From contig CAVTTN010000002.1 in assembly GCA_963737655.1 (NCBI GenBank), forward strand, positions 6,176,001 through 6,240,000: a stretch of 64,000 bases of DNA, given 5' to 3'. Both the position numbers and the translations under genes were made by a program. Position 1 is the first letter of the stretch; each line of letters begins with the position of its first letter. This document shows positions 20,312 to 30,892 of the stretch, piece by piece. The notes beneath the pieces are model-generated. The model worked only from the letters and a program-made list of their open reading frames with translations. It was not told where the DNA came from and did no database searches. The DNA comes from an uncultured Planctomycetota bacterium. Its GTDB lineage: Bacteria > Planctomycetota > Planctomycetia > Isosphaerales > Isosphaeraceae.

Positions 20312-21042
20312 TCAGGGAAGCTCGCGAATCCGGAGGTCCCGGAAGTCCACCGGCGCGCCCTCGGATTCGAGGCACAGGTATCCCTTGCTCGGTCGGCACC
20401 CCGACCCGCCGGAGACCTCCTCGCCGTTGACCCAGAGCCGGATCTCGCCGTTGATCCCCCGCACATAATAATCATTCCACTCGTTCACGCCCTTGCTCAG
20501 CCGCTTCGAGGGGAAGCTCCGCGAGCCGTCGGGCGAGACCGGCGGGAACGGCGTCATCTTCGACGAGCCGACCGGGAACACGTCGCCGTGGGTCGTGAAC
20601 CAGTCGGGCTTCTTGCCCGTCTGCGCCTCGTACTGCTCGGCGTAACCGTGGTCGAGCACCTGGACCTCGATCCCCCCTCGGGGCAGGTTCCCGGGCTTCA
20701 GGTCCTTCAACGCCTCCTCGGCGCCCACACGAAAATCCCCGAATTCCCGCCCGACTGGAGGTGCCGCCACCGGGCCACCAGCTCGAAGTTGCCGTACTCC
20801 TTCGCCGTGCGGAGCACGCCCACCGGCTGGCCCGAGCAATGGACCATCCCCTCGGTCCAGGTCCACGTCTCCCTGGAGCAGTTCACCGGAGCGAAGTCCT
20901 TCTCTCCCAGAGACTTCCAGCCCGGCCCCGTCCCGTCGATCACGGCCCGAGGAGGCCCCGTCGGCCCCTCCGCCACGTCCATCGACATCCCCAGGGCGAC
21001 CAGAATCCCAGCGACCCACGGGCCCGTCGTCGCGATACTCAT
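20312..21042 (-). CDS. DUF1080 / 3-keto-disaccharide hydrolase-like protein (1-nt indel at ~20720)
   Basis: KEYGNFELVARWR, GGNSGIFVW in one frame; IEVQVLD, EWNDYYV, WVNGEEV, GYLCLESEG..FRDLRIREL in the other. Confidence 0.82.
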
Positions 21043-21160
21043 GGAAGGCTCTCCCCGATCGATCCGACCCCAAGACCCGGCGGTTATACCGGCCCCGATC
21101 CCGAGAAACCACCAACCTCTCACCCCCAAGGCCCGCAAACCATGCGAATTGGGCGGAAAA

Positions 21161-21231
21161 CATCGAAACGCAGATGACGCAGCTCAAGAATGTATGAAAT
21201 CTGCGTAATCTGCGTAATCTGCGTTTCGATG
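21161..21231. repeat. Palindromic intergenic element, family C (catcgaaacgcagatgacgcag ... ctgcgtaatctgcgtttcgatg)
   Basis: Inverted arms with an internal 9-mer aatctgcgt x3; same core at 32462-32526. Confidence 0.8.
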
Positions 21232-21362
21232 CTTCCTCTTCTGCGTTTCGATCCTTCGCGTTTTGCGTTCCGAAAAGCCACCCATGGCGGGTCGTCGTCC
21301 GCCTCGCTATCATTCGACGCGAATTCGCATCAGAAAGCCTCGATCCTCACCGAGAACCGACC

Positions 21363-22565
21363 ATGAGCCGCCCCTTCGTCCTCCTCGTCATCCTGGCCTC
21401 CGCCGCGCTCGGCCCGAGGGCGTCGGTCCGCGCGGCCGAGGGGGACGTGATCGCGACGATGGACGAGCTCAAGTTCCAGCCCCCGAAGGAGAAGGGGAAA
21501 ATCGAACTGGTCCGGGGAAAATTCGGCCAGGCGATCCACTTCCGGTTCGACGAGGGGTCCGCCGGGGCGTTTGCCACGAGCAACCTCCACGGCTCGCCCG
21601 CCTGGGACCAGGCCGACGGGTTCTCGTTCTGGGTCAAGGGGGACGGCCCCGACGGCTTCGGCGGCCTTGAGTTCATTTACGATGAAGATTATGCGGTTCG
21701 GTACGATTTCGTGTTCCCGATCAAGGGGACAGAATGGACGAAAGTGAGCGTCCGCTGGTCCGACCTGATCCCGGTCCTCCCCGGCCCGAGGGCAAAACCC
21801 CTCGGTGGGCCGGAGGGCAACCCGCCCTCGAAGATCACCGGCATCTGGGTCGGCCGCTGGTGGTACTGGGGAAACTATCCGGCGATTTCGTTCGCTCTCG
21901 ATGAGTTTCGGTTGGAGCCAACCATTGCCAGGGCCACGAAACCGAGCCCGCCGCAGGGACCTCCGCTGGCCCGGACCCGGGCGAAGCTCAAAGCCGGTCG
22001 GCCGATCACCGTGGTGACGATGGGCGACTCGCTGACCGACACCCGCCACTGGGCCAATCGCGAGGTCAACTGGCCGGCACTCCTCAAAAGCAAGCTCAAG
22101 AAGGACTTCGGGTCCGACGTCACGATCGTGAACCCGGCAATCGGCGGCACCCAGCTCCGCCAGAACTTGATCCTGATGCCCCGATGGCTGGAATTGACCC
22201 CGACGCCCGACCTCGTGACGGTCTTTTTTGGCGGAAACGACTGGGATGCCGGCATGCGAGGCCCCGAGTTCGAGAAGGCCGTGGCCGACGCCATCGACCG
22301 TATCCGAACGGCCACGAACAACAAGGCGGACGTCCTGATCGTGACCACCAACCCCGCCGCCTCGCGATGGACCGAGACCGCCGAGCTCGCCGAAGCCTGC
22401 CGAAAGGCTGCCCACGACCGAAACGCCGGCCTCGCCGACACTTATGGCGGGTTTCACGCCGCCGGGAACGACGATCCCAACCGCCTGTTCGTCCACGACC
22501 GGGTCCACCTCGGCCCGGTCGGCCACGAAGTCGTCGCCGAAACGATCGTCAAGGCCCTCAAGTAG
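21363..22565 (+). CDS. Secreted SGNH/GDSL hydrolase with N-terminal carbohydrate-binding-like domain
   Basis: Signal peptide; MGDSLT, FFGGND, DRVHLGPVGH; N-terminal FSFWVKGDG beta-sandwich-like segment. Confidence 0.85.
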   Translation: MSRPFVLLVILASAALGPRASVRAAEGDVIATMDELKFQPPKEKGKIELVRGKFGQAIHFRFDEGSAGAFATSNLHGSPAWDQADGFSFWVKGDGPDGFGGLEFIYDEDYAVRYDFVFPIKGTEWTKVSVRWSDLIPVLPGPRAKPLGGPEGNPPSKITGIWVGRWWYWGNYPAISFALDEFRLEPTIARATKPSPPQGPPLARTRAKLKAGRPITVVTMGDSLTDTRHWANREVNWPALLKSKLKKDFGSDVTIVNPAIGGTQLRQNLILMPRWLELTPTPDLVTVFFGGNDWDAGMRGPEFEKAVADAIDRIRTATNNKADVLIVTTNPAASRWTETAELAEACRKAAHDRNAGLADTYGGFHAAGNDDPNRLFVHDRVHLGPVGHEVVAETIVKALK

Positions 22566-22697
22566 GGTGCATGCAATGCACCAACCCGTGGCGGCCATCG
22601 GCCGCCCACCATCTTCCAGCCATTAAGGCGTGGGCGAGTCCAACGAACGATGGCGACTTCCGGTCGTGCAATGGATGGTGCATTTCATGCACCCGAC
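22562..22697. repeat. GTAG-type REP doublet (family A, REPIN-like) between convergent genes
   Basis: gtagggtgcatgcaatgcacc at 22562-22582 and inverted ggtgcatttcatgcacccgac at 22677-22697. Confidence 0.88.
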
Positions 22698-23398
22698 ATG
22701 TCCTTCCATGTCCCATCAACGCCCAGGACCTGGTTCGGCCGGAATCGGGCCTTGTATTGCATCGATCGGCAGCCCTCGACGTAGTAACCCAGATAGACGT
22801 AACGTTTTCCCCACGCCCGGGCTCGGTCGATCACGCTCAGGACATTGAACGTCCCGAGCGAGCGGTCCCGATGGGCCGGGTCGTGGAAAAAATAGATCGC
22901 CGACAGGGCGGCCGGGACGTCGTCCACGAATCCCACGCCGACCAGCTCCGTCCCCAGCCGATATCGCCAGCAGAGGGTCGGAAACGGGTTGTCCACGAAG
23001 CTGGCCACGAACGACCCGCTATCCTCCTCATGCTCGGGCCAGTCCTTGGCCTCGGTTTGCGCCTCGTGATAACGCCTGGACAGGTCAAGACTTTCATCGT
23101 CCACCCCAGGCGGACCGATCTCCAGGAGGACCTCCCCGGAATTCGCCTTCCACGCCCTCCTCTGGCTCCGGTCGGGTCGGAACCGATCGACATCGACCCG
23201 CAATGGCTGGCAAGCTCGACAAGCTGGGCAACGAGGGCGAAACAGGGTCCGACCGAACCGCCGCCAGCCCTCGTTCATCCGGTCGAGGTACTCGGCCGAG
23301 GTCAGCCGGTCGGCCCACTCATACTCCATCCGGGCGGGGCGATCGGGCAAGTAGGAGCACGGGCGGGGCCGTTCCAGGAATCGGCGACCGATGGCCAT
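22685..23398 (-). CDS. ate: Arginyl-tRNA-protein transferase family (Ate/Bpt; Asp/Glu leucyltransferase)
   Basis: CSYLPDR, GWRRFG..FRPRCPACRACQPLRV, LSAIYFFHDP, SLGTFNVL, YLGYYVEGCRSMQYKARFRP. Confidence 0.92.
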   Translation of the reverse strand: MAIGRRFLERPRPCSYLPDRPARMEYEWADRLTSAEYLDRMNEGWRRFGRTLFRPRCPACRACQPLRVDVDRFRPDRSQRRAWKANSGEVLLEIGPPGVDDESLDLSRRYHEAQTEAKDWPEHEEDSGSFVASFVDNPFPTLCWRYRLGTELVGVGFVDDVPAALSAIYFFHDPAHRDRSLGTFNVLSVIDRARAWGKRYVYLGYYVEGCRSMQYKARFRPNQVLGVDGTWKDMSGA

Positions 23399-23435
23399 GC
23401 ACCCCCCTCATGCCGCGCGATCGGCCCGGATCGAA

Positions 23436-24584
23436 TCAGGGTTGATCGATGCGGATCTGGTGGTTCGACAGCGTCTCAAACCCTTCGTCCGTCACGAGAT
23501 AGTTCCTCTCGAACCGCATCCCGCCAACCCCCTCGACGTACAGGCCGGGCTCGATCGCGACCACATCCCCAGCCTGCAACGTCTCGTCGCTGTCGGGGAC
23601 GAAGTACGGCGGCTCGGGATGCCCGAGGCCCAGCCCATGGCCCGAATGGGTCACGAAGAACCGATCGAGGCCCAGCGAGGCAAAATGCCCCCGAACCGCC
23701 CGATCGACCCCATTTGCCGGCGCCCCCGCCTTCAAGGCGGACTCGCCTGCCTTCATCGCGCCGACGCAGGCGTCGAACAACTCGATTTGGCGAGGGGTCG
23801 GCCCTGCGCCGACGGCGAATGTATTGGTAAAATCGCCGCGATAGCCGTCCACGACCACCGAAAAATCGAGGAGGAGCAGGTCCCCAGCCTGGATGACCCG
23901 CGACGAGGGCGGTCCGCCCTTCTCGGTGGCGAGCCTCGGGCCCGAAGCGAAGTCCCCGTAAACGGTTGCGGCCTCGCCCAGCGATTGCACGGCCGCATCG
24001 AGGACGATCCGATACGCGTCCACCTCGGTCATCCCCGGCCGGACCCTGGCCAGGGCCGCGGCATGGGCCGCCTCGCCGGCCTTCATGGACCGGCTCAAAA
24101 CGGCCAATTCATCTGCATGTTTCGACCTTCGCAGCGGCCGGATTGCCCGGGAGACATCGACGATCTCGACCCCCGGCCGGGCCGCTCGCAACCCCTCGAC
24201 GACGCCCGCAGGAACGGCCGAAAGCTCGACACCGACCCGGGTTCCGGCGATCGAGGCAAGCCGGCCGAGGGTGGAATCCACCAGAAGGGCCTTGCGGTGG
24301 GGGGCCGCGTGCTGGCCGTCATACCACGTCGGGGCGACGACGTCATCCACGTGGGCCCGGTCCAAAAAAGGCCGGACCATCGAATCGGCCACCAGGACCG
24401 ACCGATCCGGCCCCATCACGAGGACGGCCGCCGATTCGACGGTCCGAAAAACGAACGGGGATGGCCAATAATTGGCGAAATAGATCAGGCTCGACGGGTC
24501 GCCCACGATCAGGAGATCGCAGGGGGCCGGGAGGGCGTCCCAAAGCCTCTCCCGGCGGATCTTGCAGCCTTCGGCGGTCAGCAT
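23436..24584 (-). CDS. Xaa-Pro peptidase, family M24
   Basis: DGYRGDFTNT, HSGHGLGL..PEPP, AIEPGLY, GMRFERNYLVT. Confidence 0.92.
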   Translation of the reverse strand: MLTAEGCKIRRERLWDALPAPCDLLIVGDPSSLIYFANYWPSPFVFRTVESAAVLVMGPDRSVLVADSMVRPFLDRAHVDDVVAPTWYDGQHAAPHRKALLVDSTLGRLASIAGTRVGVELSAVPAGVVEGLRAARPGVEIVDVSRAIRPLRRSKHADELAVLSRSMKAGEAAHAAALARVRPGMTEVDAYRIVLDAAVQSLGEAATVYGDFASGPRLATEKGGPPSSRVIQAGDLLLLDFSVVVDGYRGDFTNTFAVGAGPTPRQIELFDACVGAMKAGESALKAGAPANGVDRAVRGHFASLGLDRFFVTHSGHGLGLGHPEPPYFVPDSDETLQAGDVVAIEPGLYVEGVGGMRFERNYLVTDEGFETLSNHQIRIDQP

Positions 24585-24603
24585 CCGTCAAAATCTCCGA
24601 AGA

Positions 24604-25689
24604 TTACCTCTGGACCCGGGCCGACCCACCCTTCGCAAACGCCTCCACTTCCTCCAGCTTCGCCATCGTGACATCGCCGGGGAAGGTGGTGAGCAGGGCA
24701 CCGTGGGCCCAGCCGAGGCGGAGGGCCTCCTCGGGCGACCGACCGGCGATCAGGCCGTAGATCAGGCCGGCGGCGAAGCCGTCGCCACCGCCGATGCGGT
24801 CGATCACGTCGAGCTGGCAAGTCGGGCTGACGTAACGCTTTCCGTCGAGCCAGAGGACGGCCGCCCAGTCGTGGCGGTTCGTGGAATGGACCTCTCGGAG
24901 GGTGGTCGCCACGAGCTTGATGTTGGGGAACTGCTCGACGACCCGCTCGATCAGGGTGAAGAAGGTGTCGGGGTCGAGCTTCGATTTCCCCTCGACGGGG
25001 TCCGGGCCGGCGATGCCGAGGCCCTTCTGGAGGTCCTCCTCGTTGCCGATCAGGGCGTCGAGCTTGCCGGCGATCCCCCGGATGACCTGCTGGCCGCGCT
25101 CGGCCCCGCCGACCGACGCCCAGAGCTTGGCCCGGTAGTTCAAATCGAAGGAAGTGATGGCCCCGGCGGCCTTTGCGGCCTCGATCCCCTCGACGATGAG
25201 CGGTGCGGTCGTCTCGGACAGCGAGGCGAAGATGCCTCCCGAGTGGAACCAGCGGACGCCCTTGCCAAAGATGGCCGACCAGTCGAAATCCCCCGGCTTG
25301 AGCAGGGCGCCGGCCTCGTTCGCGCGGTTGTAGAAGACCACCGGGGGCCGGACGCCGAGGCCGCGGTCGCTGTAAACCGTGGCGATGTTAGGACCTCGGA
25401 CGCCGTCGTGGTCGAACCACTTGTAGAAGGGGGTCACGCCGGTCTCGCGGACCCGGGCCTGGACGAGCTCGCCGATCGGGTACCTGACCATCGCGGTGGC
25501 CACGCCCGTCTTGAGGCCGAAGCAGTCGGACAGGTTGGCCGCGACGTTGTACTCGCCGCCCGAGACGTGGATCTCCAGCGACCGGGCCTTGCGGAACGGG
25601 ATGATCCCGGGGTCGAGCCGGTGGACCAGCGCCCCGAGGGACAGGAAATCGAGCTCGGCCGCGTCTTTCCGCACGTTCAGACCGCTCAT
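24604..25689 (-). CDS. kdgK: PfkB-family sugar kinase, probable 2-keto-3-deoxygluconate kinase
   Basis: GGEYNVAANL, WFHSGGIF, SFDLNYRAKLW, DRIGGGDGFAAG; ATG at 25689. Confidence 0.8.
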   Translation of the reverse strand: MSGLNVRKDAAELDFLSLGALVHRLDPGIIPFRKARSLEIHVSGGEYNVAANLSDCFGLKTGVATAMVRYPIGELVQARVRETGVTPFYKWFDHDGVRGPNIATVYSDRGLGVRPPVVFYNRANEAGALLKPGDFDWSAIFGKGVRWFHSGGIFASLSETTAPLIVEGIEAAKAAGAITSFDLNYRAKLWASVGGAERGQQVIRGIAGKLDALIGNEEDLQKGLGIAGPDPVEGKSKLDPDTFFTLIERVVEQFPNIKLVATTLREVHSTNRHDWAAVLWLDGKRYVSPTCQLDVIDRIGGGDGFAAGLIYGLIAGRSPEEALRLGWAHGALLTTFPGDVTMAKLEEVEAFAKGGSARVQR

Positions 25690-25832
25690 GGACTCTCCCG
25701 GGAAAAAAATCGAGGCCTCGGCCCGGTTCCGCCGATCGCTCGGGGTCGCGGGCCCGATTGTAGCTCTTGCAGGGCGAGGTGGCTCCCCGGAATCGGGGCG
25801 GTCGGCGGCCTTTCGGCGGGTCGTCCCGGCCC

Positions 25833-26954
25833 TTACGGGGCGACCTCCACGAACACCTTCAGCGCCTCCTTGTCCTCCAGCCTCTTCATGACCTCGTCGA
25901 ACCGATCGAGCCCGGCCACCGGGTCGGTCAGGATTTGGGCGGTGACGCCGGGATAGGTCAGCTCGCCGTGGGAGAGGGCCTGCAAACCCATCTCGAAGTG
26001 CTTGCGATTGCCATTGACGCTGGCGACGAGCAATTTGTTGCCCAGGACCCATTCGAGGTTGATCCTGGCGCCATCGACGGTGACCTCGCGGCTGCCTCCG
26101 GTGATGCTGGTCCAGACCAGGGCGCCGTTGATCGCCAGGGCCTCCATCGCCTGGAAGCAGACCTCGGCGTTGCCGGTGGCCTCGAAGATCAGGTCGGGCT
26201 TGCCGACCCTCTTCGCCAGGTCGCGCATGGATTCCTGCTTCGTGCTGATGTAAGTGGCCCCGTAGGCCTCGGCGATCTGAGACTTGAGGTGGGGGCCCGG
26301 GCGGGTGGCCAGGGTGAAGACCTCCAGCCCCCGGAGCCGCAGCATCATCGTCGCCAGCAGGCCGATCTGGCCGGCGCCGAGGACGAACGCCCGCCTCGGC
26401 TCCCAGACCTGGAGCCTCCTCTGGGCCAGGTCCGCCTGCTCGATCGCCTTGGCGCAGACGCTCGCCGGCTCGGCCAGGACGCCCAGGTGCTTCAGCCCCT
26501 GGGGGACCTTCACCATGTACTCGGCGTCATCGACGAACATTTCGGACATGTAGCCGTGACAGAGATTGATCCCGCGCTCGTAATAGGTCTCGTCCGAGGT
26601 GATGTCGTTCCGGCCGATGTCGTCGAAGAGGGACTTGCCGGGCCGGCGGACGGTGCAGGAGACGAAGTCGCCGGGCTCGACCTCGGCGACCTTCTCGCCC
26701 ACTTCGAGGACCTGCCCGAAGCACTCGTGGCCGATGATCAGGAAGTCGCCCCCGGGAGGGGCGTTGCCGTACTGGGCCTCGTTGATCTCGCGGTCGGTGG
26801 CGTCCACGCCCACCCGCAAGGTCTTGACCAGGACCGACCGCCCCTCGGGGACGAGGCAGACGTGGGGATGGGGCTGGTCGCCCAGCTTCGGCTCCGGGAC
26901 GTCGCGGAGGTGGACGCTGTGGGGCTGGCCCGGGGTGACCGCAACGGCTTTCAT
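25833..26954 (-). CDS. gdh: Zn-dependent (MDR family) glucose 1-dehydrogenase, archaeal-like type
   Basis: GVDATDREI (Asp at the usual Cys ligand position), IIGHE, VRRP, ERGI, GAGQIG, VLGNK..SVNGN. Confidence 0.8.
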   Translation of the reverse strand: MKAVAVTPGQPHSVHLRDVPEPKLGDQPHPHVCLVPEGRSVLVKTLRVGVDATDREINEAQYGNAPPGGDFLIIGHECFGQVLEVGEKVAEVEPGDFVSCTVRRPGKSLFDDIGRNDITSDETYYERGINLCHGYMSEMFVDDAEYMVKVPQGLKHLGVLAEPASVCAKAIEQADLAQRRLQVWEPRRAFVLGAGQIGLLATMMLRLRGLEVFTLATRPGPHLKSQIAEAYGATYISTKQESMRDLAKRVGKPDLIFEATGNAEVCFQAMEALAINGALVWTSITGGSREVTVDGARINLEWVLGNKLLVASVNGNRKHFEMGLQALSHGELTYPGVTAQILTDPVAGLDRFDEVMKRLEDKEALKVFVEVAP

Positions 26955-27208
26955 CGGCAGGTCGATCCGTCGAGGAGGAATCGTCAGGCCGGGCCGACCC
27001 GCCGCAAGAGGGCCGATCGCGTCCGGCGATGGTCGCGATTCTAACCGAAGGGGCGGGGCGATGTCACGGACCGAGGCCGGAACGACGACGACTCGACCGC
27101 CCCGATTCCCTCCCCGCCTTCCTGCTTGACATGCGTATGGGATTGTTGTCTCTATGGGCGTTCATGGGACCCGGTCGCCGGAAGGCCCAACCTCGGAGAT
27201 GTATCATC

Positions 27209-27670
27209 ATGAGAAGCCGTGTGTTGGTATTATTGCTCGCCCTCGTCGCCGGGGACGATCCGAAGGCGACCGAGGAGTTGGAGGGGCAGTGGAGGCAGAA
27301 GCAGCTCGGATTCCTGGAGCCGCCGGCCGGGATCTGGAAGCTCATCTATGGGCATGAGCTGTCCCTTGACGATCCGTCGGCCCTGATCCGGGACCGATCC
27401 GCCCTCTCGATCCGGGGAGAGAAGGTCACGTTCAAGAACGGCGAGCACGAGGAGGAGGTGAAGTTCCGGCTCGACCCGACGAAGACCCCCAAGACCGTGG
27501 ATATTCTCATCGATAATAAGCCCAAATACCTGGGTGTTTATGAAGTGAAGGACGGCGAACTCCGCCTCGGCTTCGGGGACGGGAAGACACGCCCCAAGAA
27601 GCCCGAGATCGAGGAGGGAGAGACGGGGAGGGTCTTCCTCGTCCTCGACCTCGTGAAGCCGAAGGGGTGA
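27209..27670 (+). CDS. Planctomycete TIGR03067-type domain protein
   Basis: ELEGQW, FRLDPTKTPKTVDI, LGVYEVKDGELRL, TRPK. Confidence 0.8.
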   Translation: MRSRVLVLLLALVAGDDPKATEELEGQWRQKQLGFLEPPAGIWKLIYGHELSLDDPSALIRDRSALSIRGEKVTFKNGEHEEEVKFRLDPTKTPKTVDILIDNKPKYLGVYEVKDGELRLGFGDGKTRPKKPEIEEGETGRVFLVLDLVKPKG

Positions 27671-27845
27671 CTTCCGGTCGGCCCGGGCCCGGGCCCGGGC
27701 ATCCCGACGGCGGAGGGATTTCGCCCGGCCGGTGCGAGTCTGGCGCTGGCATCCGGCCTCGAGGATGGTACATTGAGGGCCTCCGAAGACACGACTCGCC
27801 CGCCCGACGCCCCGCCCCGGACACCCCGCCCGCCCCGGTGATCTC

Positions 27846-30767
27846 ATGATGCGACCCGGCCTTTATCCGGCCCTTGCCCTCCTCGTGACCGGCCTCGGGT
27901 CCGCCGTTGCCGAGGATCGCCCTCCCACGGACGAGGAGGCCCGGTTCTTCGAGACCAACGTCCGGCCGGTCCTGGTCGATCAGTGCTTCAAGTGCCACGG
28001 GCCGGCGAAGCAGAAGTCGAACCTCAGGCTGGATTCGAGGGCCGCGATCCTGGCCGGGGGCGACCTCGGCCCGGCCGTGGTCCCCGGGAAGCCCGAGGAG
28101 AGCCCGCTGGTGGCGGCGGTGAAGTACGAGGAAGACGGCCCCAAGATGCCGCCCTCGGGCAAGCTGCCGCCGAACCAGGTCGAGGCGCTCTCGCGATGGG
28201 TCAAGATGGGCGCGCCCTGGCCGGGCGAGGCCGGGGATGCCGCGAACCCGCCTCCCGCGAAGAAGGCCGGCTTCTCCATCACCGACAAGGACCGCTCCCA
28301 CTGGGCGTTCCGGCCCGTCCGCCGGCCCGATGCCCCGGCCGTGAAAGAGTCTTCATGGGTAGCTTCGCCGATCGATGCGTTCGTGCTCGCCGGTCTGGAG
28401 AAGAAGGGCCTGAGGCCCAACCCCCCGGCGTCGAAGGCCGAGCTACTCCGGCGGGTCACCTATGATTTGACGGGCTTGCCGCCGACTCCGGCCGAGGTCG
28501 AGGCGTACCTCAAGGACGAGGCGCCCGACGCCTACGAGAAGGTCGTCGATCGCCTCCTCGCCTCCCCCCGATACGGCGAGGCGTGGGGCCGTCGCTGGCT
28601 GGACCTCGTCCGGTTCGCCGAGACCAACAGCTACGAACGTGATGGCGTGAAGCCCTCGGCATGGCGATTCCGCGATTATGTGATCCGGTCCTTGAATGCG
28701 GACAAGCCCTACGATCGATTCGTCCGCGAGCAGCTCGCAGGCGACGAATTGCCGGGTCGCGACGTCGAATCCGTGACCGCCACCGGGTTCTACCGCCTGG
28801 GGATCTGGGACGACGAGCCGGTCGATCGCGAGCAGGCCCGGTTCGACGGCTACGACGACGTCGTGGCCACCACCGGGCAGGTCTTCCTCGGGCTGACGAT
28901 CGATTGTGCTCGTTGTCATGATCATAAGCTGGACCCGATCGCACAAAAGGATTATTATCGCTTCGTCTCGTTCTTCCGCAACGTGAACCACTACCGCAAC
29001 GGCGGGCCGACCGACGAGATGCCGATCGTCGAGCCGGGCCATGAGGAGGAGGCCGCCCGGATCGCCCGCGAGCAGGACGAGCGGCGGGCGAAGGCCGAGG
29101 CGACCGTGGCGGGGATCGAGGAGGAATACCGCAGGAGGTCCGAGGCGATCGCGGCGGTCCGCGGGATCGACGTCGAGGACCTCCGCTACCGGTTCTATCG
29201 CGACACCTGGGACCGCCTGCCCGACTTCGACGCGATCAAGCCCGAGGACTCCGGCGAGCTCCCCTCGGGCCTGTTCGACCTTTCGCCCCGGACCCGCGAC
29301 GAGGCGTTCGGCTTCGTCTTCGAGGGGTTCTTGAACGTCCCGAATGAAGGCGTTTACACGTTCTCGCTCGACTCGGACGACGGCTCCCGGCTGAAGGTCG
29401 ACGGGAAGGCCGTGGCCGAGCACGACGGCATCCACGGCGAGGGCAGCCCTCGGGTCGGCTCGGTCGCCTTGAAGAAGGGTCGCGTGCCGATCCGCCTGGA
29501 GTACTTCCAGAACGGCCACGGCCTGGGGCTCACGGTCGCGTGGTCGGGGCCCGGCGTGGAGCGGCGGCCCCTCTCGGCGGGGATGAAGAAGGCGGAGGTC
29601 GTCGACGTCCGCGCCGCGATCCGCAAGGACGGGGCGAAGGTGCTCGGCCCCGAGCGGGTGGACCGCTACCAGCAGGCCCGGCGCGTCCTGGCCGAGCTCC
29701 GGACGAAGACGGCGGCGACCGGCACGGTCCTCTGCGTGACCGAGGCCGGCCCCGTCGCCCCCGAGACGTTCGTCCTGGCCCGCGGGAACCCGCACGCCCC
29801 GGGCGAGAAGGTCGAGCCGGCGTTCCTCGAAGTCCTGGGCGGGACGCCCGCGAACGTCCCCTCGCCGCCCCCCGGCGCGAAGACGACCGGCCGTCGGCTC
29901 GCCCTGGCCGACTGGATCGCCTCGCCCTCCAACCCGTTGACGGCCCGGGTCATGGCCAACCGCGTCTTCCAGGGGCATTTCGGCCGGGGGATCGTCCGCT
30001 CGCCCTCGAACTTCGGCCTCCAGGGCGACCCGCCGACCCACCCCGAGCTGCTCGACTGGCTGGCCTCCGAGCTCGTCGCCGGGGGATGGCGGCTCAAGCC
30101 GCTCCACAAGACCATCGTCATGTCGAACGCTTATCAAATGTCTTCGAGGGCGAATCCCGACGCCCTGGCGAAGGACCCGACCAACGACTCGCTCTGGCGG
30201 ATGGACATGAGGAGGCTGTCGGCCGAGGAGGTCCGCGACTCGATCCTCTCCGCCTCCGGGACGCTCAACCTGGCGATGTTCGGCCCCGGCGTCTACCCCG
30301 AGATCCCCCGGGAAGTGCTCGCCGGGCAGTCCGTGCCGGGCAGCGGCTGGGGCAAGTCGTCGCCCGAGGAGCAGGCCCGGCGCAGTATTTATGTCCACGT
30401 GAAAAGGTCGTTGCTCCTGCCGATCCTGGAATCGTTCGACCTGGCCGAGACCGACCGCTCCACGCCGTCGAGGTTCAGCACCACCCAGCCGACCCAGGCG
30501 CTGGGGATGCTCAATGGGGACTTCCTGAACCGGCAGGCGGACCTCCTGGCCGTCCGGCTCCGGCGAGAGGCCGGCGACCGGGTCGAGGACCGGGTCCGGC
30601 TGGCCCTGAGGCTGGTCTCGGCCCGGGAGCCTTCCGAAGCGGACGTCCGCCGGGGTGCCAACCTGATCGCCGGCCTGGAGGCGAAGGACGGGCTCGGGCC
30701 CGACGCGGCCCTGAAGGCGTTCTGCCTGGTCGCGCTCAATCTGAATGAATTCTTGTATTTGGATTAA
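27846..30767 (+). CDS. Planctomycete cytochrome c / DUF1549 / DUF1553 (PSD1) protein with inserted PA14 domain
   Basis: CFKCHG heme motif; HWAF, PIDAF, YGEAWGRRWLD, CARCHDHK; FSLDSDDGSRL (PA14); PTHPELLDWLA, RRSIY, NEFLYLD. Confidence 0.93.
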   Translation: MMRPGLYPALALLVTGLGSAVAEDRPPTDEEARFFETNVRPVLVDQCFKCHGPAKQKSNLRLDSRAAILAGGDLGPAVVPGKPEESPLVAAVKYEEDGPKMPPSGKLPPNQVEALSRWVKMGAPWPGEAGDAANPPPAKKAGFSITDKDRSHWAFRPVRRPDAPAVKESSWVASPIDAFVLAGLEKKGLRPNPPASKAELLRRVTYDLTGLPPTPAEVEAYLKDEAPDAYEKVVDRLLASPRYGEAWGRRWLDLVRFAETNSYERDGVKPSAWRFRDYVIRSLNADKPYDRFVREQLAGDELPGRDVESVTATGFYRLGIWDDEPVDREQARFDGYDDVVATTGQVFLGLTIDCARCHDHKLDPIAQKDYYRFVSFFRNVNHYRNGGPTDEMPIVEPGHEEEAARIAREQDERRAKAEATVAGIEEEYRRRSEAIAAVRGIDVEDLRYRFYRDTWDRLPDFDAIKPEDSGELPSGLFDLSPRTRDEAFGFVFEGFLNVPNEGVYTFSLDSDDGSRLKVDGKAVAEHDGIHGEGSPRVGSVALKKGRVPIRLEYFQNGHGLGLTVAWSGPGVERRPLSAGMKKAEVVDVRAAIRKDGAKVLGPERVDRYQQARRVLAELRTKTAATGTVLCVTEAGPVAPETFVLARGNPHAPGEKVEPAFLEVLGGTPANVPSPPPGAKTTGRRLALADWIASPSNPLTARVMANRVFQGHFGRGIVRSPSNFGLQGDPPTHPELLDWLASELVAGGWRLKPLHKTIVMSNAYQMSSRANPDALAKDPTNDSLWRMDMRRLSAEEVRDSILSASGTLNLAMFGPGVYPEIPREVLAGQSVPGSGWGKSSPEEQARRSIYVHVKRSLLLPILESFDLAETDRSTPSRFSTTQPTQALGMLNGDFLNRQADLLAVRLRREAGDRVEDRVRLALRLVSAREPSEADVRRGANLIAGLEAKDGLGPDAALKAFCLVALNLNEFLYLD

Positions 30768-30793
30768 TCTGAGTTGCTGGCCGCCCAGGTCAC

Positions 30794-30867
30794 GAGTCGG
30801 TCCGACTTCCGTCGGGCCTACGAATCCTCAAACCTCTTTGTAGGCCCGACTGAAGTCGGACCGACTC
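30794..30867. repeat. Inverted GTAG-type REP pair, family D (gtaggcccgactgaagtcggaccgactc)
   Basis: Arms 30794-30821 and 30840-30867 are near-perfect reverse complements; each begins GTAG and has its own internal hairpin. Confidence 0.82.
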
Positions 30868-30892
30868 AGGCCCCAATCGCCGGAGAGACCCC

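Noticed and set aside
27681..27700. (gcccgg)n self-complementary tract after the TIGR03067-type gene as a terminator
   Set aside because: No U-tract, and such tracts are expected at this GC content.
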